Source: an uncultured Bacillota bacterium
GTDB taxonomy: Bacteria; Sysuimicrobiota; Sysuimicrobiia; Sysuimicrobiales; Segetimicrobiaceae
Length of the DNA stretch: 64,000 nucleotides
Assembly: GCA_963804645.1 (NCBI GenBank)
Contig: CAWDRG010000017.1
Span: 32,001-96,000, forward strand
Reading direction: 5' to 3'
The notes below the pieces were generated by a model, which was not told where the DNA came from, ran no database searches, and saw only the letters and a list, made by a program, of their open reading frames with translations. Below, one piece after another: positions 11,251 to 20,359 of the stretch; the stretch's first letter is position 1, and the number at the start of each line of letters is the position of its first letter. The position numbers were made by a program, and so were the translations under genes.

Positions 11251-12449
11251 GATGCCCCGGCCGCCGCGGCCGCGTACACCTTCGCCGCGTCCACCACCTG
11301 GCTGACGCTCACGTGCTCGCGCTCGCCGGCGTCCCCGATCAGCCCGGGGCCGAGCGCGACGCTCGGCATCGCGTGCACGCGGATCAAATAGCCGGCGTTG
11401 CTCGCGAACGTGATGTATGTGTGTTCCGCGGGACGCCCGAGGGCGGCGCGCACGGCCCGCTCGACGCGCTGCACGACCGGGGCCGAGGGTGACACCCCGT
11501 AGGGGGACATCCCGCTCACCTGGCCCACCCGCGCGGTGATGCGGGGGCGCGAGGCGGCGGCCCGATCGGCGAGTGCCTGGAGCACGTCCCGGATCGCCTC
11601 CGGCGACTCCTGCGGCAGGACGCGCCGGTCGAGCATCACGCAGCAGGCACCCGGCGTCCTCGGCGCCACGGCGGAGGACTCCACCTGGAACGCCGAGATC
11701 GTGGCCGCGCCGAGGGCCGGATCCGACGGAAGGTCCAGGCGCTCGATCGACGGGAGGAACGCCGCCAGCGCGAAGAGCGGATTCGCGGCGTCCTGCGGAC
11801 GCCCCCAGTGCGCCGGCACCCCCTCGAACTCGACCGCGTAGTGCGCGATCCCCCGAGCGCCGAGCACGATCGCGTTGTGCGACGGCTCGCCCGCGATGCA
11901 GATCCCCTCGCGCAGCAGCCCGATCGCGTCCGCCTCGCGAACGCCCTCATGATTGGCGGACAGATCCTTCGTGACCGCGGCGAGCTGCACGCGGCCGGGC
12001 AGCGCCCCCGCGTGCGGGGCGAGCGCCGCCATCGCCGCGAGCATCGCGGCAAGCGCCGCCTTCGGCGCGCACGCCCCGCGGCCGTAGACGACCTGACCGT
12101 CCTTGCCGAAGGGTGCGCCGTCGAGCACGACGCCGCTGTACGGATCCGTCATCGTCCCGGCGGGCCCGGAGTCGGTGTGCGTAAGCAGCAGGACGCCCGG
12201 GCCATCCCGCGGCCCCAGGTCGCCGAGCACGTTCCAGTGCTCGTCGACGGTGACGCGGGCGCCCAGCCCGCGGAGCCGCCCCGCGACGTATTCCGCCACA
12301 TCGCGCTCCTGCCCGGTCGTCCCGGGAATCTGCACCAGCGCCCGCAGCGTCCGGATCGTCTCGTCGGCATCGATCTCCGCCGCGATCCTCTCAACCTCCG
12401 GCACCCGCTCCGCCCCTTCCCGACCCGCTCGATCGACGGCCGCGGGCAC
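11247..12449 (-). CDS. M20/ArgE-DapE family metallo-hydrolase
   Basis: LLTHTD, YGRGACAPKA, GEPS, GVPAH, EHVS. The usual YGRG..D and DEE acidic positions appear substituted. Confidence 0.8.
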   Translation of the reverse strand: MPAAVDRAGREGAERVPEVERIAAEIDADETIRTLRALVQIPGTTGQERDVAEYVAGRLRGLGARVTVDEHWNVLGDLGPRDGPGVLLLTHTDSGPAGTMTDPYSGVVLDGAPFGKDGQVVYGRGACAPKAALAAMLAAMAALAPHAGALPGRVQLAAVTKDLSANHEGVREADAIGLLREGICIAGEPSHNAIVLGARGIAHYAVEFEGVPAHWGRPQDAANPLFALAAFLPSIERLDLPSDPALGAATISAFQVESSAVAPRTPGACCVMLDRRVLPQESPEAIRDVLQALADRAAASRPRITARVGQVSGMSPYGVSPSAPVVQRVERAVRAALGRPAEHTYITFASNAGYLIRVHAMPSVALGPGLIGDAGEREHVSVSQVVDAAKVYAAAAAGAS

Positions 12450-12473
12450 GCGCCCGCGGCCGTCGGCGGTCAG

Positions 12474-14057
12474 CTAACAGTACGTGGCGTATTCGCGCCC
12501 ATCGATCGGCACGCTGATCACCGCGGGCTGGCCGCCGCGGATCGCGTCCTCGACGGCGCGGCTCAGGTCGGACAGCGATCGCACCCGCGTTCCCGCCACT
12601 CCAAATCCGGTGGCGATCGCCGCGAACTCCGGCGCCGGAAAGTCTACGCCGTACGGTTCGAGCTTGCGCCGCTGCTGCCCCACCCGAATCAGGCTCAAGC
12701 TGTCGTCGACAAAGCACACGACGACGACCGGGACCCGATACTGCCTGAGAAAACTCAGGTTGTGCAGCATCATGAGGAGCCCGCCGTCGCCCACGAGCGC
12801 GATCGTCGGCCGATCGGGAAACTGCAGCTTCGCAGCGATCGCGGCCGGGAGGCCGTAGCCCATGCCGGACAGCCCGTTCGACATGAAAAACGTGTTCGGC
12901 TCGTAACTCTCCCAGAACTGACCGGCGTAGTACTTGTGGGAGCCGACGTCGCACGCGAGGATGGTCTCCCGCGGCGCCGCCGCCCGGATCGCCCGCACGC
13001 ACGCGAGCGGGCTGAGGCCCTCGACGGTGGACATGGGCGCGGGCCGCACGCGGGCGCGGCCCGCAGCGACCGCGTCCTCGGGCCACGCGGCAGGGTGCGC
13101 CGAGATCCGCAACTGCGCGAGCAGCCCGCCGATCTCTCCGCGCACCTCAAGCGGCCGGTACGTACCCTCCGCGGTGCTGGAGCGCGAGAGGTTCGCGAGC
13201 GACCGGCCCACATACCAATCCTTATCGCACTCGACGGGGTCGAAGCCCACGCCCAGGAGGAAATCGGCTTGATCGACGGTCTCCATCACCGCGCCGTCCA
13301 CCGCCATGCCGCCGACCACCCCGAGAAACCCCGGGGCATCCTCGGGCAGGAGGCCCTTCGCCTTGGGCGTCACGACGAACGGCATGTGCGTCGCATCCAC
13401 GAAGCCCCGCAGCGCCGGCGCATCCAGGGGACGGCAGCCGAGACCGACGACGAGCAGCGGCCGCACCGCCGCGTTGAGCGCGGCGCGGATCTCGTCGAGC
13501 GACGCGCCCCCGCCGGGCGCATCGGGCTCGGGGCCCGGCGCCGCGGCGGCGCCGGGCTGTGCGGCCGCGCCGGCGAGATTGCTCGGCAGCGCGAGGTGGA
13601 CCGGCCCCGGGGGTTCTCCGGTCGCCACTTTGACGGCGCGGCGGACCGTTTCCGCCGTGCCGCGGCCGTCGAGGGTCTGGCTCCACTTCGTGATCGAGCC
13701 GAAAAATCGGTCCAGCGGAAGCCGCTGATGGGGGAAATGGGGCTCGAGCGCGGTCGACAGCTGCGCCGTGATCGCGAGCACGGGCGACCGGTCGAGCAGC
13801 GCGTTCGACACCCCGAGCGCAAGGTTCACGGCGCCGGGGCCGAGCGTCGCGAGACACACCCCCGGCCGGCCGGTGATCTGACCGGTCACATCCGCCATGA
13901 ACGCCGCGCTGGCCTCGTGACCGGTCAGGAAGAAGCGGATCCCGGCGCGGCGGCACGCGTCGAGCAGGAGCGTGATCTCGCCCCCGGGAAGGCCGAAGGC
14001 GATCTCGGTCCCGCTCTCCACCAGTGTCGCCGCGATCGCGTCGGCGTTGGTCGTCAT
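12474..14057 (-). CDS. ThDP-dependent enzyme, acetolactate-synthase-like
   Basis: FGLPGGE, HEASAAFMA, TLGPGA.N, PPGPVHL, SNGLSGMGYGLPAAIAAKL, GDGG motif. Confidence 0.92.
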   Translation of the reverse strand: MTTNADAIAATLVESGTEIAFGLPGGEITLLLDACRRAGIRFFLTGHEASAAFMADVTGQITGRPGVCLATLGPGAVNLALGVSNALLDRSPVLAITAQLSTALEPHFPHQRLPLDRFFGSITKWSQTLDGRGTAETVRRAVKVATGEPPGPVHLALPSNLAGAAAQPGAAAAPGPEPDAPGGGASLDEIRAALNAAVRPLLVVGLGCRPLDAPALRGFVDATHMPFVVTPKAKGLLPEDAPGFLGVVGGMAVDGAVMETVDQADFLLGVGFDPVECDKDWYVGRSLANLSRSSTAEGTYRPLEVRGEIGGLLAQLRISAHPAAWPEDAVAAGRARVRPAPMSTVEGLSPLACVRAIRAAAPRETILACDVGSHKYYAGQFWESYEPNTFFMSNGLSGMGYGLPAAIAAKLQFPDRPTIALVGDGGLLMMLHNLSFLRQYRVPVVVVCFVDDSLSLIRVGQQRRKLEPYGVDFPAPEFAAIATGFGVAGTRVRSLSDLSRAVEDAIRGGQPAVISVPIDGREYATYC

Positions 14058-14216
14058 CCTGCGCCACCCACCTTCAGCCCGCAACCGCGAGCCCGCCTCT
14101 CGAGTCTCGATCCTCGCCGCCAGGACATGGGTTCGGCACTCGTCCGGTGCCGCCCCGCCGCGGTCCCCGGGGATGCGCCGTCGCAGCGGACATCGGCCGG
14201 ATCGTCGAGCGCTCGC

Positions 14217-15095
14217 TTATTTCGAGCCCGCAAACGCTTGGTTGAACTCGTTCCACGGAATGCTCACGTCGAGCCACAGATTCAAACGCCCGACGTACAC
14301 GATCAGCGCATCGACCATTTCGCCCGCGTGCGGCGCGGGCAGCTCAGGGAGCGCGCCCGCCGCGAGTTCGAGCACCGCCGCCGCGCGGTCGAGCTGGTAC
14401 CATCCCCGCAGCCGCCCCGCCGCGTGGCGAAGCAGACGTGACGCGAAGGGCGGAACCGCGCCCGTCGCGCGCGCCTCCTGACGCAGAAGCCACAGCGCCT
14501 CCTGGAGGGTTCGGGTATCGCCCTCCGCGTACAGCAGCGGACCCGCGGGGCGCATGACGTCGCGCGCGCGGAGCAGCGCCGACACCTCCTCAGGCACGCA
14601 GTCGGCGATCCCGGCGTAGGCGGCGTCGATCTGTCGCGCGACCGCCGCGCCGCGCGCCGCAGGACCGCTCCGGCCAACGCCGCCGGCGCGATGTGCCGGC
14701 GTGAGGGCGCGCAGCCGCGCGATCGGGTGCCCATCCCCGTGCGGCCGCCGCAGCCGTTCGCCGGCCGCCGCCAGGGCGTCGAGGTTGTCGACGACCTGGC
14801 CCAACACGGTCACCGTGGCATCCTCTTCCTGGATGCGACCGTAGTAGACGCAAAAGAGCTGCCGATCCGGCCAGAACGCGACACAGCCGCGCGGGAGCAC
14901 CGCGACCGGCCGCGCGCGCTCGACCTCCAACACGACCGGAAGATGGAGCATGAATTCGTCGCCCGCGATCTTGGCGTAATGTGCGGTGGTCGAGAACGGC
15001 AGCAGTCTCTCAAGCGCCGCGCACGTGGCCGGAGCGGACTCGGGATCGAGCCGAGCGCGCGCCGCGGTTCCCTCGAGGTCGATCTCGATCTCCAC
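14217..15095 (-). CDS. DUF3830/cyclophilin-like N-domain plus helical C-domain; McbB/cucumopine-synthase-like protein (about 292 aa)
   Basis: APATCAALERLLP..HYAKIAGDE..VAFWP..CVYYGRIQEE..GQVVDNLDALAAAG and C-terminal YAEGDTRTL...DALIVYVGRLNLWLDVSIPW; GTG 15095 with GGAGG upstream. The 5' part of the track ORF is the antisense shadow of the regulator. Confidence 0.7.
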   Translation of the reverse strand: MEIEIDLEGTAARARLDPESAPATCAALERLLPFSTTAHYAKIAGDEFMLHLPVVLEVERARPVAVLPRGCVAFWPDRQLFCVYYGRIQEEDATVTVLGQVVDNLDALAAAGERLRRPHGDGHPIARLRALTPAHRAGGVGRSGPAARGAAVARQIDAAYAGIADCVPEEVSALLRARDVMRPAGPLLYAEGDTRTLQEALWLLRQEARATGAVPPFASRLLRHAAGRLRGWYQLDRAAAVLELAAGALPELPAPHAGEMVDALIVYVGRLNLWLDVSIPWNEFNQAFAGSK

Positions 15096-15154
15096 GACGG
15101 TACGGTGAACCTCCGGCAGTTGGCAGGCGTCGCGCCCATTTTGGGGACGAGTTC

Positions 15155-15190
15155 GCAGGGAAATTGCACCAGGGGTGGAATATTTCCTGC
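15155..15190. promoter_or_regulatory. Imperfect inverted repeat in the divergent promoter region; candidate operator for the XRE-cupin regulator
   Basis: GCAGGGAAATT...AATATTTCCTGC in an AT-richer spacer between divergent genes. Confidence 0.45.
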
Positions 15191-15227
15191 CACATTGTGT
15201 TCGTACTTCAACTCCAGGCGGCGCTTG

Positions 15228-15815
15228 GTGGGCAAGACACGCATCGACGACGGACTCCCCGTCGACCGTCCTTCCGCCGGCATCGGGGAAAAATTGGCGT
15301 CCCTGCGCAAGCAGCGGGGCCTGACCCTGGTCGAGCTGGCCGGCGCCGCCGGCACGAGCCCGAGCTTCCTCAGCCAGCTCGAGCGCGGCACCACCAACGC
15401 GTCGATCGATACGCTTCGCCGCATCGCCACCGCCCTCGGCGTGCCGATGTTTCACCTGTTCGTCGATGAGCCGAGCGCGCTCTGGGTCGTGCGCCGCAAC
15501 GGGAGGAAACGGCTGTCGTATCCGGATTCCGGCGCCACCTACGAACTGCTGGTGCCCGATCTCAACCGAGAAATGGAGCTGGTCCTGATCACGCTGGACG
15601 AGGGGCGCGCGACGTTCGACGCCCCGTTCAGCCATGCCGGGCACGAATGCGACGTGGTCCTTGAGGGCGAGGTACGGTTCGAGATCGGCAGTCGGCTCGA
15701 GGCGCTGGAGGCGGGCGACGCGATTTACTTCGACTGCACCATTCCGCACCGGTTCGTGAACGTCGGGCGCGGTGCGGCGCGGCTCCTGTCGGTCGTCTCA
15801 CCACCAACGTTCTAA
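15228..15815 (+). CDS. XRE-family HTH regulator with C-terminal cupin sensor domain
   Basis: IGEKLASLRKQRGLTLVELA..SPSFLSQLERG..SIDTLRRIATALGV; HAGHE..VLEG..LEAGDAIYFD...PHRF.N. Confidence 0.93.
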   Translation: MGKTRIDDGLPVDRPSAGIGEKLASLRKQRGLTLVELAGAAGTSPSFLSQLERGTTNASIDTLRRIATALGVPMFHLFVDEPSALWVVRRNGRKRLSYPDSGATYELLVPDLNREMELVLITLDEGRATFDAPFSHAGHECDVVLEGEVRFEIGSRLEALEAGDAIYFDCTIPHRFVNVGRGAARLLSVVSPPTF

Positions 15816-15828
15816 GGAGCGAGACCGC

Positions 15829-16836
15829 GTGAGCCTGCACAGCGGGACCCAAGTCGAGGCGGCGGCCGTCGAGCCGTCCCGCCAGCAGTTGGAGGAGATG
15901 TACCGCCGGATGTGCGCGGTGCGCGAGCTCGAGGAGGAGCTCGGGCGTCAGCACAAGCTCGGGACCACCCGCGGACCAATTCACCGCTGCGACGGGCAGG
16001 AGGCGGTCGGCGTCGCCGTGACCGCCGCGCTCGCGCCGACCGACATCGTCACGAGCACGCACCGGGGGCACGCCCACTACATCGGCAAGGGCGCCGATCT
16101 CCGCCGCCTCGCCGCGGAGATCTTCGGCCGGAAAACCGGATACTGTCTCGGCCGCGCCGGGCACATGCTTGTCGCCGACGCCTCGATCGGACTGCTGGGC
16201 GGGAACGGGATCGTGGGCGGCGCCATTCCGGTGGCGACGGGTCAGGCGTTTGCGTTCCAGGTGCAGCGCAGCGGCCGCGTCGTGGCGTGCTTCTTCGGCG
16301 AGGGCGCCGCGCAGATCGGTGCGTTTCACGAATGCCTCAACGTCGCCGGCCTGTGGCGGCTCCCGATCGTGTACGTCTGCGAGCACAATCACTACGGACT
16401 CACGGTCCATGTACGTCATCAGTCGAGCGTGGCGGACATTGCGCCGCGCGCGGCGGGCTACGGCATGCCGGGCGTGACGGTCGACGGGAACGACGCCGCG
16501 GCCCTGTATCGCGCGGCGCACGAGGCGGTCGCGCGCGCCCGCAGCGGCGGCGGGCCGACGCTGATTGAGGCCAAGACCTACCGGATGACCGGGTTCTCCA
16601 CGAGCGACCTCGGCGGCTATGAATTGCCGGACGAGCGCGCGGCGTGGGCACCGAAGGACCCGATCCAGCGGCTCCACCGTGCGCTCGCGGCCGCGGGCTC
16701 CGCCCCCGAGCGGCTCGACACACTGGCCCGGACCGCGCGCGAGCAGGTCCAGGACGCCATCGCCTTCGCGCTCGCGAGCCCGTTGCCGACCGCCGAGGAC
16801 CTGTGGGGCGACGTGTACGCGACGGAGGCGCCCTGA
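15829..16836 (+). CDS. ThDP-dependent 2-oxoacid/acetoin dehydrogenase E1 alpha-like subunit
   Basis: GQEAVGV, STHRGHAH, NGIVGG, FFGEGA, VCEHNHYG, DGND, GPTLIEAKTYR. Confidence 0.92.
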   Translation: MSLHSGTQVEAAAVEPSRQQLEEMYRRMCAVRELEEELGRQHKLGTTRGPIHRCDGQEAVGVAVTAALAPTDIVTSTHRGHAHYIGKGADLRRLAAEIFGRKTGYCLGRAGHMLVADASIGLLGGNGIVGGAIPVATGQAFAFQVQRSGRVVACFFGEGAAQIGAFHECLNVAGLWRLPIVYVCEHNHYGLTVHVRHQSSVADIAPRAAGYGMPGVTVDGNDAAALYRAAHEAVARARSGGGPTLIEAKTYRMTGFSTSDLGGYELPDERAAWAPKDPIQRLHRALAAAGSAPERLDTLARTAREQVQDAIAFALASPLPTAEDLWGDVYATEAP

Positions 16837-16837
16837 G

Positions 16838-17827
16838 ATGCGGGAGCTGCGGTACGCGGAAGCCCTCCACGAGTCGCTCGTCTCGGAGATGCGCCGGGAC
16901 CCGCGCGTCATCGTCTTCGGCGAGGACGTCGGCATCTACGGCGGCGTCTTCAAGGTCACGAAGGACCTGCAGCAGGAGTTTGGCGCGGAGCGCGTCCGCG
17001 ACACGCCGATCGCCGAGGAAGCGATCGTGGGGCTCGCAATCGGATCCTCGATGATGGGCCTGCGCCCCGTCTGCGAGATCATGTACGTGGATTTCCTGCC
17101 GCTCGCCCTCGATCAACTGATCAACCAGGCCTCTCTGATGCATTACATCTGGGCGGGCCAGGTCCAGCTCCCCTTCGTGCTGCGCACGCAGGGCGGCGCG
17201 GGCGGCGCCGCCGGCGCGCAGCACTCCAAGAGCCTCGAGGCGATCGTCGCGCACATCCCGGGGCTGAAGGTCGTCATGCCGGCGACGCCCGCGGACGCGA
17301 AGGGCCTGCTCACCGCGTCGATCCGGGATCCCAATCCGGTCGTGTTCATCGAGCACAAGATGCTGTACAACACCCGCGGGCCCGTGCCGGAGGGCGAGCA
17401 CCTCGTCCCCCTCGGCGTCGCCGACATCAAACGGCCGGGCGGCGATGTCTCGATCGTCGCCACCTCGCGGATGGTGCTCGAAGCGCTGCGGGCCGCCGAG
17501 GAACTCGAGCGGGACGGCGTCTCCGCCGAGGTCGTTGATGTCCGCACCCTGCGGCCGCTCGACGTGGCCACGATCGTCGCGTCGGTCAAGCGGACACACC
17601 GCGCGGTGGTCGTCAACGAGGGATGGCGCACGGGAGGCTTTGGGGCCGAACTCGCGGCGGTGATCGCGGAAGAAGCGTTCAGCTACCTCGACGCGCCGGT
17701 CCAGCGGCTGGGCGCGGCGGACCTGCCCGTCCCCTACAGCCCAGGGCTGGAGCCGGCGTCCGTGCCGGACGCGGCCGCGATCGCGCGGGCGGCGCGCTCG
17801 GCGCTGCGCGCGGCGGACTTGGTGTGA
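16838..17827 (+). CDS. 2-oxoacid/acetoin dehydrogenase E1 beta subunit
   Basis: GEDVGIYGGVF, RVRDTPIAE, AQHS, PGLKVV, NPVVFIEHK, YLDAPV. Confidence 0.95.
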   Translation: MRELRYAEALHESLVSEMRRDPRVIVFGEDVGIYGGVFKVTKDLQQEFGAERVRDTPIAEEAIVGLAIGSSMMGLRPVCEIMYVDFLPLALDQLINQASLMHYIWAGQVQLPFVLRTQGGAGGAAGAQHSKSLEAIVAHIPGLKVVMPATPADAKGLLTASIRDPNPVVFIEHKMLYNTRGPVPEGEHLVPLGVADIKRPGGDVSIVATSRMVLEALRAAEELERDGVSAEVVDVRTLRPLDVATIVASVKRTHRAVVVNEGWRTGGFGAELAAVIAEEAFSYLDAPVQRLGAADLPVPYSPGLEPASVPDAAAIARAARSALRAADLV

Positions 17828-17837
17828 GCGGCGTCCG

Positions 17838-19007
17838 ATGCCGGTAGAGGTGCGGCTCACCGCCGTGGCGGGCGAGTACATGGCCACCGCCGTGGTGCAG
17901 GAGTGGCTCGTCCAGGAAGGCCAGCCGGTCGCCGAGGGCGCGCCGCTGGTGGTCGTCGAGACGGCGAAGGCGAACGTCGAGATCCCGGCCCCGGCGACCG
18001 GCGTGCTGCAGCAGATCGTCGTGGCGCGGGGGGATGAGGCGCCGGTCGGCGCCCTGCTGGCCGTGATCGCGTCTGCGGGTGAACGGGCAGCGCCTCCCGC
18101 GACGGTGACGGCCCGCGAGGCCACGCGGACCGAGCCGAGCCCGAAGACCGACACGACGCCGGCGCCCGAGCCGCAGGCCCCCGGCGGCTTCGTGCGCGCC
18201 ACGCCCCGGGCGCGGGCGCTGGCCCGGGAACTCGGGGTGCCGCTCGCGCGGGTGACGGCCGCAGGGGGCGGCGTCGTCTCCGAGGAGGACGTGCGCCGCG
18301 CGGCTTCCGCCGCGCGGCCCGCACCCCGCGTCGAGCAGCTCGAGGGGTACCGCCGCGCGGCCGCGGAGCACATGGCGCGCGCGCTCGAGGTCCCGCAGTT
18401 CTCGGTGTCGATGACCTTCGACGCGACACGGCTCGACGAGACGCGCGCGGCGCTCAAACGGGCGGACCCCGAGGACGGCGCGGTCATCCCGAGCGTGACC
18501 GAGTTCGTCGTGAAAGCGGCGGCCCTGGCACTCAGGCGGCATCCCCGCGTCAACGCCCGGTGGGAAGATGGACGCGTCCGCGCCCTGGACGACGTCAACG
18601 TGGGTGTCGCGGTGGCGACGGACCGGGGACTCGTCGTCCCGGTGCTCCGGGCCGCGGACACCCGCGCGCTGTCGGACCTCGCGGCGGGCCTGGCCGGGCT
18701 GCGCACGCGCGCGGAGGCGTTTCGCCTCGCCCCGGAGGACGTTCAGGGGGGCACCTTCACCGTGTCGAACCTCGGCATGTTCGGGGTCGAGCACTTCACC
18801 GCGCTCGTCAATCCGCCGCAGGCCGCGATCCTGGCCGTCTCCGCGGTCACCGCGCGGGTGGTGTGGGTGAGCGGAGAGGCCCGTCCCCAGCGGCGGGGCG
18901 ATCTGACCCTCACGGCGGACCACCGTGTGATCGACGGCATGGACGCGGCGCGCTTCCTTGGCGACATCAAGGCGCTGCTGGAGCAACCCGACGGCCTCCT
19001 GGCGTGA
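17838..19007 (+). CDS. Dihydrolipoamide acyltransferase (E2) with one lipoyl domain
   Basis: VETAKANVEI lipoyl Lys, ATPRARALARELGV E3-binding domain, GGTFTVSNLGMFG, DHRVIDG. Confidence 0.93.
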   Translation: MPVEVRLTAVAGEYMATAVVQEWLVQEGQPVAEGAPLVVVETAKANVEIPAPATGVLQQIVVARGDEAPVGALLAVIASAGERAAPPATVTAREATRTEPSPKTDTTPAPEPQAPGGFVRATPRARALARELGVPLARVTAAGGGVVSEEDVRRAASAARPAPRVEQLEGYRRAAAEHMARALEVPQFSVSMTFDATRLDETRAALKRADPEDGAVIPSVTEFVVKAAALALRRHPRVNARWEDGRVRALDDVNVGVAVATDRGLVVPVLRAADTRALSDLAAGLAGLRTRAEAFRLAPEDVQGGTFTVSNLGMFGVEHFTALVNPPQAAILAVSAVTARVVWVSGEARPQRRGDLTLTADHRVIDGMDAARFLGDIKALLEQPDGLLA

Positions 19008-19073
19008 CGCGGGACGCGCCGGGCGGAGCACGGAGACAGACCGCGGAGGCGGACGATCGATGGGGGTGGGACG

Positions 19074-20237
19074 ATGAAGTTCTTGGAGTTCTCGGTCGAA
19101 GAATATCAGGCGCGGTACGCCGCGGTGCAGCGGTTGATGCGGGAAGCCGACGTGACGGCGCTCGTGCTGAGCGACGCCTCAAACCTCATCTACCTGACCG
19201 GCTACCGGACGATCCTGTTCGCGAGTAAGTTCCGGCCGTTCTACGCGGTCATTCCGGCCCAAGGCGATCCGGTGCTGGTCCTGCCAAACCTGGAGGTCGG
19301 CGATGGGCGGAAGACGTCCTGGATCCAGGATATCCGAGGCTGGGGCAAGGGGCTGTACGCCGACCGTCCGGACGTGTTCACGATCGTCCGCGAGGTCGCG
19401 GACGAGAAGCACCTCCGCACGGGCCGCATCGGGCTGGAGCTCGGGATCGGCCAGCGGCTGGCGATGACGTTCGATCAGTACGAGCAGCTGCGCGAGATCT
19501 TCTCCGGCGCGACGTTCGTCAACGCCGCCGAGATCATGTGGAAGGTCCGCGTCAAGAAGTCGCCGCAGGAGATCGCGTACCTCCGGACCGCGTGCAAGGC
19601 GACCGACGCCGCGTTCGACGCCGCCGTCGCGGCGGCGCGCGAAGGGGTCAGCGAGACCACCCTGCAGCGGGTCCTCGGCGTCACGATGATGGAGCACGGG
19701 GCGGACGCGCCGGGATTCCTGGTCGTCGCGTCGGGGCCCGACCGGTACGACATGCTGAACCCCTACGCATCCTCGCGCACGCTGCAGCGCGGCGACATGC
19801 TGAACTTCGACATCGGGGCGGTCTACAAGAGCTACTGGGCCGATCTCACCCGCGGCATCTTCATCGGCGAGGTGTCGAAGCGGCAGCGGGAATTCTACGA
19901 GGCCGAGGCGGAGATCTTCCGCCGCACGCTGCACGCGGTCAAGCCGGGCATCGCCATTCAGGACGTGGACAAGGTCGCCGAGGCGACGACCCGCGAACTC
20001 GGCTACGAGAAGTACATGCTGCACCGGACCGGGCACGCCCTCGGCCTCGACGTACACGAGATTCCGTCGGTGGCGGTCGGCGACACGACGGTGATGGAAC
20101 CCGGCATGGTGTTTACGATCGAACCCGGGATCTACGACTTCGCGATCGGGGCGTTCCGGATCGAGGACACCGTGCTCGTCACCGACACCGGCTTCGAAAC
20201 GCTCACCAACTGTACGCGTGACCTGATCGTCCGGTGA
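19074..20237 (+). CDS. M24 family Xaa-Pro peptidase-like hydrolase, paralog of 5594..6754
   Basis: NLIYLTGYRT, KKSPQE, FDIG, ADLTRG, GHALG..HE, IEPG, RIED. Confidence 0.92.
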   Translation: MKFLEFSVEEYQARYAAVQRLMREADVTALVLSDASNLIYLTGYRTILFASKFRPFYAVIPAQGDPVLVLPNLEVGDGRKTSWIQDIRGWGKGLYADRPDVFTIVREVADEKHLRTGRIGLELGIGQRLAMTFDQYEQLREIFSGATFVNAAEIMWKVRVKKSPQEIAYLRTACKATDAAFDAAVAAAREGVSETTLQRVLGVTMMEHGADAPGFLVVASGPDRYDMLNPYASSRTLQRGDMLNFDIGAVYKSYWADLTRGIFIGEVSKRQREFYEAEAEIFRRTLHAVKPGIAIQDVDKVAEATTRELGYEKYMLHRTGHALGLDVHEIPSVAVGDTTVMEPGMVFTIEPGIYDFAIGAFRIEDTVLVTDTGFETLTNCTRDLIVR

Positions 20238-20359
20238 CGCGGCCGCGCCCGGCGGAGGCCGCGGGGACGCCGGCCTGAGGCCGACTCGCGGCGGCGCCGG
20301 CGCGGTGCACGGGTCCGTGAGGCCGGCCGGACACGATGCCAGCACGTGAGGAGGACACG

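Noticed and set aside
15096..15749. N-terminal 218 codons of the 510-aa ORF 14217..15749
   Set aside because: Antisense shadow of the XRE-cupin gene and the promoter spacer
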